Shown here: positions 9,525 to 17,445 of the stretch, piece after piece
Layout: each line of letters starts with the position of its first letter
How positions within the stretch are numbered: the first letter of the stretch is position 1
Origin: Candidatus Latescibacterota bacterium
Lineage (GTDB): Bacteria; Latescibacterota; CBDEFO01
DNA length: 64,000 bases
Direction of reading: 5' to 3'
Assembly (NCBI GenBank): GCA_965248755.1
Contig: OZ252149.1
Span: 2,112,001-2,176,000 of the forward strand
The notes under the pieces: generated by a model
What the model saw: the letters and a program-made list of their open reading frames with translations, nothing else
The model's database searches: none
Told to the model about the DNA's origin: nothing
Program-made: the position numbers and the translations under genes

Positions 9525-11666
9525 ATGAGATTTGTAGTCTCATGTACTATTCTGATTATGTCGGTTGCTCTGAACGCTTCTGCATATACTCAAGAGAACT
9601 TGTTGGTAAACAGTGACTTGCGCCAAGGAGAGCCCGGCGAGAATAATTTCGGCTGGGTGATGGATTTGGCCAAGGACCAGAAGAGTGAATGCACCGTTGT
9701 CAACGGTCGCAGGCCCGGAAGTCGGGCTATACGCATCTACAACGACGAACTGGGCGAATCTTACATCATACAAGAGATCGCCGTTCGACCCTGGCGCTGG
9801 TACGTAGCGGAGGTGTGGGTCAACAGCGAGGGGATGCGTAACCTCGGTTTTGCCCCGTACCTTATGCTGCAGGGAGGCCGCGGTGTGAGCGGAAGACATA
9901 ATTTTGATGACGCATGGGAATTGCCGAAGGCGGGTTGGCACCAGCTGCGATTGATCGAACACACAACTGATTCAGATCGTCTGACATTGAAGTTAGGAGG
10001 CCAAGGCTGGAGCGGTGAGATGCTATTCACTGAACCAGTGGTCCGCGAATCCAGCATGCTTGAGGCCACCCGGGCGCTCTGGCAGACTCATCATCCGGCA
10101 CCTACCCCTTACGAGCACCACCTTATCCCTTGGGAGCCTAAAGGCGATCAGGGTCCGCGTGGGTACGCCTTCCACAAACGCAACTTCGCCAGGGTGGCTC
10201 GCAACTATCCTAACTCTTTCGAAATCTGGGGTCGCTTTAACCCAAGCCCAGACCCGGAGGGACGTATCTCGTTGTGGCTGCCGCCTGGCAAGTGCGAGAT
10301 GGTGATCGACAGCGACCTGGAAGCGGGCGAGTTGGCAGTCGGATATGTCCAGTACGAATGGCACGGTGGTTCTCAGCTCCCGATGCCGATCTACTTCCAG
10401 GGGGTCGAGCCGCCGCAGGTAACCCCTCCGAAAAGAGCGGTCACGATGATCACCGTGGCTCCGGAGACTTTCAACAACTGGGAAGGTGGACGAGGGGCCA
10501 TGGTGCGCGACTTAAAACGCTTCGGCTTCACCCGTATGGAAGTATGGGGACGCAGTGATGTTCGACCGTATTACGCCGAGGGGATATCCAGCGCCAACCA
10601 ATGGTCACCGAACTGGGACTTCGATGCCGAAAAGTACCCCGATGCCCGCGGGGTTAGCCTGAATGGAAAACACGCTAAACTGATGTGCCCATCCTACCGA
10701 GGTCCAGCTTTCACCCTTCAACTCGCCAACGCTAAAGAATCTTCCCGCTACGCCTCCGCCCTGTCCCTGGACGACGAGTGGTACGCCATGAGAGGCAGCC
10801 AAAGTCCGACGATATGCTTCGGCGACCGCTGTATGGAACGTTGGAATGGGTGGGTCTCTGAACATAAACCCGAGCTGGAGAAGGTGAGTCCGAAGATCTT
10901 CGCCAGGCAGCCGCACAAATATCCCGGGCACTACGATGCGTGGCTTCTTTTCCGCGGTTACCTGGTCGCCGAGAAATATGCTCTGATCCGGCAAGCGTTC
11001 TTTGAAGCCCTCAAGGAGACCCAGGTGAAAACGACTCCGTATCCGTGGGTGCAGGCTTACATAGGCGGCGGGCCAGTCATCGGCCTGCATTCAAACAAGT
11101 CTCTGGCAGAGGCTCTGGATTATGTCGCTAACATGGACTACTCAAGCGCGCGCGTATTGCGGGAGAACGTTGCCAGATTGGCGCCCCAGACCGGCAAGAA
11201 ACTCTTATTCACTATCTCGCCGGGATACCTGGGAAGCCCACCTGGTGACGCGCGCTCCCAGGTACTCGAAGTAGTCATGGGTGGTTCACAAGGAGTCCAC
11301 GTCTGGTGCTATCACATAGGGACTGACACCGGTCACATGGTAGATATGGCCGAGGCCATCAAGATGTTCTCCCCCGTGGAAGACATAATCCTGGACGGCG
11401 CGGTTCAGGCCGGCTACACGAGCGACACAAACTCGGTGAACCTGTTGGCCAGAGTGAAAGACGACGAAAGCGTCTTGCTCGTGTCGGACTACTCACCGAA
11501 CCCCGGCCGCATGAAGGTGTCGGTGCCCGGCGAGGCGGAGTTGGAAGTCACCGACCTGTTCACCGACCAAGTCGTCGCACGCCTGGACGCAAAGGAACGA
11601 TCGTTCGCGACAACCCTGAAGCGGACCTTCACAGCAAGGCTGTACCACTTGCAGTCCACAAAGTGA
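9525..11666 (+). CDS. Secreted protein with N-terminal CBM-like domain and putative glycoside-hydrolase-like TIM barrel (family copy 1)
   Basis: Signal peptide; NLLVNSD...FGW CBM-like start; LSLDDE and ICFGDRC motifs; paralog of 14789, 17446 and 20088. Function is inferred. Confidence 0.6.
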   Translation: MRFVVSCTILIMSVALNASAYTQENLLVNSDLRQGEPGENNFGWVMDLAKDQKSECTVVNGRRPGSRAIRIYNDELGESYIIQEIAVRPWRWYVAEVWVNSEGMRNLGFAPYLMLQGGRGVSGRHNFDDAWELPKAGWHQLRLIEHTTDSDRLTLKLGGQGWSGEMLFTEPVVRESSMLEATRALWQTHHPAPTPYEHHLIPWEPKGDQGPRGYAFHKRNFARVARNYPNSFEIWGRFNPSPDPEGRISLWLPPGKCEMVIDSDLEAGELAVGYVQYEWHGGSQLPMPIYFQGVEPPQVTPPKRAVTMITVAPETFNNWEGGRGAMVRDLKRFGFTRMEVWGRSDVRPYYAEGISSANQWSPNWDFDAEKYPDARGVSLNGKHAKLMCPSYRGPAFTLQLANAKESSRYASALSLDDEWYAMRGSQSPTICFGDRCMERWNGWVSEHKPELEKVSPKIFARQPHKYPGHYDAWLLFRGYLVAEKYALIRQAFFEALKETQVKTTPYPWVQAYIGGGPVIGLHSNKSLAEALDYVANMDYSSARVLRENVARLAPQTGKKLLFTISPGYLGSPPGDARSQVLEVVMGGSQGVHVWCYHIGTDTGHMVDMAEAIKMFSPVEDIILDGAVQAGYTSDTNSVNLLARVKDDESVLLVSDYSPNPGRMKVSVPGEAELEVTDLFTDQVVARLDAKERSFATTLKRTFTARLYHLQSTK

Positions 11667-11697
11667 ACTCTAGAAAATCTGGGAGACCTTTAGGTGA

Positions 11698-12201
11698 ATG
11701 GCGTTGCCAACAGTGACCCAAGCGCTCGCAGGCAATTTTGGTATGAATAGCGTTGTTGAGGAGATCTATATTGCCCCCAATGGCGGCGACCCGATGGAAA
11801 GGGTGGAGCAGATTGAAGCCGTGGTCGACTGTGGCCTCTATGGGGATCGCTATATGAGACGGACGGGATACTGGTCTGGGGTCGATGAATGCCAGGTTAC
11901 TTTGATCGAAAAGGAAGATATCGAATCGATTAGGAAGGAGAGCGATATTCAGATTGCCAACGGTCAACACCGACGCAACATTGTCACGCAGTGTGTTCGC
12001 CTTGAGAAGCTGAGGGGTAAGCAATTTGCCGTCGGAGAGGCCGTACTGGAATATGATTGTCCCCGCCCACCGTGCAGCTACATTCAGGGGATTACCCAGA
12101 AAGGAATGACGAAAGCCCTGGGACGGACGCGAGGCGGTATCTGTGCCCGTGTAGTGAAGTCCGGAGTCATACGAGTAGGGGACTCCATTCAAGTACTTTA
12201 A
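11698..12201 (+). CDS. MOSC domain-containing protein
   Basis: GLYGDRY, RRNIVT, PRPPCSYI and RGGICARVVKSGVIRVGD motifs. The start may be ATG 11743. Confidence 0.9.
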   Translation: MALPTVTQALAGNFGMNSVVEEIYIAPNGGDPMERVEQIEAVVDCGLYGDRYMRRTGYWSGVDECQVTLIEKEDIESIRKESDIQIANGQHRRNIVTQCVRLEKLRGKQFAVGEAVLEYDCPRPPCSYIQGITQKGMTKALGRTRGGICARVVKSGVIRVGDSIQVL

Positions 12202-12285
12202 GCAGTCTTGTGCAATTATTTACTGCAAGCCTGCACAAAAAATGAAATCGTGTCCAGATCGAAGGCCCGCCTGGTGATAGAACCC

Positions 12286-12498
12286 TCAGTAGTAAGCCTG
12301 ACCTCCCAATTCGAAGCATCCCTTATCTGGCCCGCAGTCCTCCGTGCACACAGAGTCGTTATCAGGGCCGACTACCAGCATCGTCTTGAGACACCAATAT
12401 TGAGTTTCCGGACTCGTCTCTGTCAGGTACAGGGGCGACCTTTCTGCCGGAACGTATGACGCCTTCGCCCTGAGATACTGGCATATTGCTTGCACCAT
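12286..12498 (-). CDS. Small Cys-rich hypothetical protein (paralog of 52278-52481)
   Basis: ATG after GAAGGAAG; ICQYLRAKASYVP...YWCLKTM.VVGPDND.VC.EDC.PDK.CF is conserved with the copy downstream of the Pao-like operon. Confidence 0.65.
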   Translation of the reverse strand: MVQAICQYLRAKASYVPAERSPLYLTETSPETQYWCLKTMLVVGPDNDSVCTEDCGPDKGCFELGGQAYY

Positions 12499-12518
12499 TG
12501 CTACTTCCTTCGGCACTA

Positions 12519-12585
12519 TCAAGCTTTCAAAGCAGACAAGATAGCATGTCTGAGCAACGTCTTGGCCAAGTTCACCTTGTTGGCG
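12519..12585 (-). pseudogene. 3' remnant of a xanthine-dehydrogenase-family FAD subunit gene
   Basis: Reads KVNLAKTLLRHAILSALKA*, matching the C-terminus of 52505-53497 (KVDLAKAVLREAILSALKA*). Confidence 0.7.
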
Positions 12586-12706
12586 TGGTCCTCGCCGTTC
12601 TGGGTGGACGCGGGGTAGGAGTATGCGCGCACAGGAAATAACATGACTGAATTGGAAATCTATCACGTTGATGTTCAGGGCTTACCGATTCTCGACGACA
12701 TGCATG

Positions 12707-12915
12707 ACCACGATCAGCCGCTGGAAGTGCGTATCAACGGCATCCCCTGCTCATGGCCGGGACTAGCCGAACACGTTAAAGCGTCAGGATGAGAAAGAGC
12801 CTCAGCCGCGCCGGCACGTCTATGACGTATCCCCGGAGGCCCTGAGCGACGGCTACAACCTGTCGAGGTGAGCGCCAAGCACATGATCACGTGGGTAGAG
12901 ATCTCGGTGCGATAG
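12707..12915 (+). pseudogene. Frameshifted remnant of the 3' end of the GHL10-like gene
   Basis: DNA homology to about 14442-14660 (cacgatcagccgctgga...atcacgtgggtagagatctcggtgcgatag) with indels. Confidence 0.8.
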
Positions 12916-12997
12916 GTTTCATGGATACGCGGGGAAGCTTCCATAGGCGGGCGATCTCCGCTAGAGCTTCAGTTGTTGGGATGGGTTTGCGGAAAGT

Positions 12998-13024
12998 CCT
13001 GTCCTCGAATGACTCTATCGGGGG
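12998..13024 (+). repeat. 27-bp palindromic element (filled allele; empty allele at about 14742)
   Basis: CCTGTCCTCGAATGACTCTATCGGGGG is inserted in ggaaagt|atggatttt; the homologous leader at 14736-14752 lacks it. Confidence 0.85.
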
Positions 13025-13076
13025 ATGGATTTTCAAACGTAATCGGCGTTCGTTTAGAGAGAAAGAGGAGTTGGCC

Positions 13077-14660
13077 ATGAAGAGTGTCTGGATGGGGATG
13101 TTGATTCTGGGTCTGGCCGGTGTTTCCGCCTCCGACAATGACGGCAACCTGCTTGCAAACAGTGATTCCAAAGGAGAAGCCAACATGAATGATGCTAATG
13201 CTGCCCGAGGGAAGGTCATCTACAACCTGGACTGCACTCAGTTCTTTATGGGGTCGTTCGGTCCCATTGTCCCCGAGACGATCGACAAGTTCGTGGACAC
13301 GCACGCTGCTCTCGGAGTCACGGATCTCTTCATCAACGTCAACGCAAAGCGCACCAACTACCGGAGCGATGTATGGGAATCATATTGGGACGGCTACGAT
13401 CCGAGCGTCGGCGACGACCAGGCGTTCTTCGCGGGACTTGACCCGAAACGCAGGTTCGAGACGGGGTTGTTCAAGAACATGCTGGCGCTTCACGAGCAGG
13501 GATGCGACTACCCGAAGAGAATGATCGACCGTGCGAGGCGAAATCGAGTAAAGGGGTGGATCTCGCTGCGAATGAACGACGACCACAACCCCCATCTCGC
13601 GGATCATCCGGCCCACAGCACGATCTGGAAGTCACATCCGGAATGGCGCCTTGCATATGGCCTGGACTACGAACAGCCCGAGGTGCGTGAGCACTATATG
13701 AAACTCGTCCGGGAGGTGTGTTCTCGCTACGACCTGGACGGTCTGGAACTGGATTTTCTGCGTTTCTGGCTCTACTTTCGCGCCGGACGCGAGCACGAAG
13801 GTGCGAAGCTAATGACAGCTTTTGTGGAGCAGGCGCGGCAGGCGACAGAAGAAGCCGCGAAGCGATTGGGGCATCCCGTCGAACTCGCCGTGCGCGTACC
13901 GACAACTCCGTGGATCGCCCGCAGGCACGGATTGGATGCGATCGCCTGGGCTAAGAGAGGGCTAGTGGACCTGATTGTGGTCGGATCGTTTTGGTTCTCC
14001 GTCGATAGTGACATGCCTATCGAGACCTGGAAAGGTCTGCTCATCGGTACGGACGTTGCCGTCGCAGTGCATCTGGAAGACGGGATCAATTCGGGCGACA
14101 GCGGTCGTCATACGATGACGCATGAGGAGATGCGCGGGGTATTGGTGAGCGCTCTGCACCGCGGGGCCGACGCGGTATACTTCTTCAATCTCTTTACGGG
14201 ACCGCATCAGCGCTGGCCGCGTGAGGATCATGACCGGCTGCTGAGGGACGCAGGGTCCTATGCAGAGCTTCGCGCTGGGCCGCGGCGGCATGCGATCACC
14301 ATCATGAACCCCTGGGCGGAGGGTGAGCCGGGTGAAGCCAGGTCGCTCCCTTACGCCGGCATGCACGGTGTCTTCCGCCTTCACATCGGACCGAAGCCAC
14401 TCTCACAACAGAACGCCCGGATTGAGCTGGTGGCGCCGGAACACGATCAGCCGCTGGAGGTACGTCTCAATGGCATCCCCTGTAAATGGTCAGGCCTTGT
14501 CGAAGCCGAACACGTTAAAGCGTCAGGATGGAAAGAGCCTGAACCGCGCCGACACATCTATGACGTGCTCCCGGAGGCCCTGAGCGACGGGTACAATCTG
14601 ATCGAAGTGACCTCCGAGGAAGATGTCAAGATCACGTGGGTAGAGATCTCGGTGCGATAG
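13077..14660 (+). CDS. Glycoside hydrolase-like TIM-barrel protein (GHL10/DUF187-like) with signal peptide
   Basis: GAGGAG RBS then ATG 13077; VIYNLDC, WISLRMNDDH, LDYEQPEVR, RYDLDGLELDFLR and GADAVYFFN motifs. Confidence 0.75.
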   Translation: MKSVWMGMLILGLAGVSASDNDGNLLANSDSKGEANMNDANAARGKVIYNLDCTQFFMGSFGPIVPETIDKFVDTHAALGVTDLFINVNAKRTNYRSDVWESYWDGYDPSVGDDQAFFAGLDPKRRFETGLFKNMLALHEQGCDYPKRMIDRARRNRVKGWISLRMNDDHNPHLADHPAHSTIWKSHPEWRLAYGLDYEQPEVREHYMKLVREVCSRYDLDGLELDFLRFWLYFRAGREHEGAKLMTAFVEQARQATEEAAKRLGHPVELAVRVPTTPWIARRHGLDAIAWAKRGLVDLIVVGSFWFSVDSDMPIETWKGLLIGTDVAVAVHLEDGINSGDSGRHTMTHEEMRGVLVSALHRGADAVYFFNLFTGPHQRWPREDHDRLLRDAGSYAELRAGPRRHAITIMNPWAEGEPGEARSLPYAGMHGVFRLHIGPKPLSQQNARIELVAPEHDQPLEVRLNGIPCKWSGLVEAEHVKASGWKEPEPRRHIYDVLPEALSDGYNLIEVTSEEDVKITWVEISVR

Positions 14661-14788
14661 GTTTCATGCATACGCGGGGAAGCCTTGATAGGGGGGCGAT
14701 CTCCGCTAGAGCTTCAGTTGTTGGGATGGGTTTGCGGAAAGTATGGATTTTCAAACGTAACCGGCATTTATGAAAGGAGAAAGAGCAC

Positions 14789-17059
14789 ATGGCTATGGAG
14801 ATTCTCTTGATGGTGATGGTGATTCTGGGTCTGGCCCGAATTTCTGCCGCCGACAATGACGGGAACTTGCTTGTGAACAGCGATTTCAGCCAGGGCAATC
14901 CGAGCGAGGAGAGTTTCGGCTGGACGGTGGAGCTGGCTGAGGGAGAGAAGAACGAGTGCACCGTGGTAGAAGGGCACCAGCCGGAAACTTACGCAGTACG
15001 TATTTACAATGACGAAAGGAGTTCATCGGGCATCAGTCAGAATGTGGCTGTTAGACCCTGGCGCTGGTATGTGGCCGAGGTGTGGGTTAAGAGCGACGGG
15101 ATGTATCCTTCCGTAGTTGGCTTCTCTTTAAAAGGTGGCCGTAAGAATGGCGTGTGGCGGTACAAAATGGATCTTTATCACAGGCCGAAATCAGGATGGC
15201 GCATGATACGGGTGTACGATCACTCGGGGGACAGTGAGCGGCTGACACTATGGATAGGCGGTGATGCCTGGAGCGGCGAGCTGCTCTTAAGCGAACCCGT
15301 CGTCCGTGAGTGCAGCCAGGTGGAAGCGCTCTCGTACCACCCCAAACCAGCTGACCGCCATCCAGCATATGGCGGTCCTCCCATCGATCCTGAGAAGGGA
15401 CTGCCCGGGTATGCCTTCCTGCGAGCGGACGTCCGCCGGGTAGCTCGTGACTTCCCGAATGCGTTGCGGATCTCGATGGACATCCCGGACCCTGAGGACT
15501 CTGAGGGGAGGGTCGCGTTGTGGCTGCCGGCGGGCATTCGCTTCCTTAAACTGCGACCTCATGGCGGAGGGAAGAGACCCCCAAAAGTGACAGATCTATC
15601 GGGCGGCACAGATGCCCGGGGCGGCATGTACCTCGAGCTGCATACGGGCCCTGGCGAGAGCAACCTGCTGATCGAATCCGACCTGGAGCCGGGCGAGCGG
15701 GCAACGGGGTACGTCTATTACGAGTGGAACGGCGGCTTTCAGCTTCCCAGGCCGGTTGCATTTGAAGGGGTAGAACTGCCGAAGGTCACTGCGCCGAGGC
15801 GAATCGTCACTGCACTTGATGTCTACGGTGCTGCTTACCTGAATTGGGAGAACTTCAAACCTGGCCTGGACGGGCGGGAGGCTATGGTCCGGGACATGAA
15901 ACGTTTGGGCTTCAACCGGTTACAACTATGGGGTGGGGATCCTCGACCCTACGCCAGCATGGGCCTGCAGGGCGCCACCTCCTACGGAGGGAGCTTTTCC
16001 GTGGATGCGGAAAAATACCCTGAGTCGGTCGCTGTCGCATTGAATGGAGAACGTACGAAGGTGATGTGCCCGTCATATCGGGGTCCGGGTTTTAAGACTA
16101 ACCCATGGCTGGAGCGCTTGAGAGACACTGCTGCGATCACTTCGGCGGTGAATCTGGACGACGAGGTTTACCTGATGTCCGGCGTTGGCCCGGTCATCTG
16201 TTTCGACGACCGTTGTATTAAACGTTGGAAAGAGTGGGTGAGCGAGCACAAGCCTGGCCTGGCCGGTATTACCCCCAGGGAGTTCTTCAAGCGGGCGCAC
16301 AACTATCCGGAGCACTACGAGGCATGGTTGAGATTTCGCTGTGATCTGGTGGCCGAGCGGTTTGGCATACTGCGGCAGGTGTTCCATGAAGCGGTCAAGA
16401 AATCCGGTGTGAAGACGACGCCCGAGCCAGAGTTGGGGGCGTTCACAGGCGAGGAGATGTTGATGGGTCTGTCTTCAATTGAGGCCTTGAGCGGGGCTCT
16501 GGATTTTATTTCACCCATGATCTATCTGAATGGGGACGGTGTGCGCAAAGAAGTTGCCAAGATTGCACCAATTAGCGGCGGGAAGCTAGTGGTCTGCCTG
16601 GCACCGGGATATGGCAATAGTCCGCCCGGTGACGCCAGGTCGCAGGTACTTGAAACCGTGATGGGTGGTGCAAGGGGCTTTGTCGCCTGGAACTATGACA
16701 TCGGCCCGATGACTACCGGTCACCTGGCGGATATGTCCGAGGCGATCAAGATGTTTTCCCCCGTTGAGGACATCATTCTAGACGGCGAGCTTCAGCCTGG
16801 ATACGCCGCTGACACTGAATCAGCGAATCTGCTGGCAAGGAAACAGGGAGACGAAACTGTCTTACTTGTCTCGGACTACACACCTGGAGGTGCGCGGGCT
16901 AAGGTAACGGTACCGGGGCAGGCCAGTCTGGAGGTGGTCGATCTTTTCACCGATGAGGTGGTGGCTCGTTTGGATACGAGAAAACGGACTTTTGAAGTCA
17001 AACTCAGACGTGACTTTCAAGCACGTCTCTACCACCTGCGGCCGGCAGGTAGCTCATAG
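14789..17059 (+). CDS. Secreted CBM-like plus putative glycoside hydrolase (family copy 2)
   Basis: AAGGAG RBS; signal peptide; paralog of 9525, 17446 and 20088; VNLDDE and ICFDDRC motifs. Confidence 0.6.
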   Translation: MAMEILLMVMVILGLARISAADNDGNLLVNSDFSQGNPSEESFGWTVELAEGEKNECTVVEGHQPETYAVRIYNDERSSSGISQNVAVRPWRWYVAEVWVKSDGMYPSVVGFSLKGGRKNGVWRYKMDLYHRPKSGWRMIRVYDHSGDSERLTLWIGGDAWSGELLLSEPVVRECSQVEALSYHPKPADRHPAYGGPPIDPEKGLPGYAFLRADVRRVARDFPNALRISMDIPDPEDSEGRVALWLPAGIRFLKLRPHGGGKRPPKVTDLSGGTDARGGMYLELHTGPGESNLLIESDLEPGERATGYVYYEWNGGFQLPRPVAFEGVELPKVTAPRRIVTALDVYGAAYLNWENFKPGLDGREAMVRDMKRLGFNRLQLWGGDPRPYASMGLQGATSYGGSFSVDAEKYPESVAVALNGERTKVMCPSYRGPGFKTNPWLERLRDTAAITSAVNLDDEVYLMSGVGPVICFDDRCIKRWKEWVSEHKPGLAGITPREFFKRAHNYPEHYEAWLRFRCDLVAERFGILRQVFHEAVKKSGVKTTPEPELGAFTGEEMLMGLSSIEALSGALDFISPMIYLNGDGVRKEVAKIAPISGGKLVVCLAPGYGNSPPGDARSQVLETVMGGARGFVAWNYDIGPMTTGHLADMSEAIKMFSPVEDIILDGELQPGYAADTESANLLARKQGDETVLLVSDYTPGGARAKVTVPGQASLEVVDLFTDEVVARLDTRKRTFEVKLRRDFQARLYHLRPAGSS

Positions 17060-17079
17060 CACTTTTTTGGAGGTTAGCC

Positions 17080-17260
17080 CATGGCCAAACCTTTCCGAAA
17101 CCGAACACGTCAGAGCATCCGGATGGAAAGATCCTCAGCCGTGACGGGGGAGTTTATGACGTGCGCCCGGACGCCAACAGCCTCTGCTAGAATCTGATCG
17201 AAGTAAGCGCCAAGCACGGTGTTAAGATCACGTGGGCAGGGATCTCGGCGCGACAGGTGT
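17080..17260 (+). pseudogene. Remnant of the GHL10-like gene 3' end
   Basis: Encodes degraded WPNLSETEHVRASGWKDPQP...KITWAGISAR, homologous to the C-terminus of 13077-14660. Confidence 0.75.
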
Positions 17261-17261
17261 G

Positions 17262-17288
17262 CCTGTCCCCGAATGACTTTATCGGGGA
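17262..17288 (+). repeat. 27-bp palindromic element (filled allele; empty allele at about 19936)
   Basis: CCTGTCCCCGAATGACTTTATCGGGGA lies between caggtgtg and ttgcttccgcc and is absent from the homologous 19929-19950. Confidence 0.85.
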
Positions 17289-17366
17289 TTGCTTCCGCCG
17301 GGAAGCGTCGATTGGCGGCCGATCTCTGCTATGGTCTCAGTTGTTGGTACTGGGCTTGTCCAAAGT

Positions 17367-17393
17367 CCTGTCCCCGAATGACTTTATCGGGGG
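17367..17393 (+). repeat. 27-bp palindromic element
   Basis: CCTGTCCCCGAATGACTTTATCGGGGG, at the same leader site as 12998 and 20015. Confidence 0.85.
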
Positions 17394-17445
17394 ATGGATT
17401 TTCAAATGTAACCGGCATTCACACAGGAAGAAAGAGGAGATGACT

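Noticed and set aside
17257..17445. Long N-terminal extensions of ORFs 17257 and 12891 in the ORF track
   Set aside because: They run through palindromic repeats and intergenic leader. RBS and paralog comparison place the starts at about 17446 and 13077.
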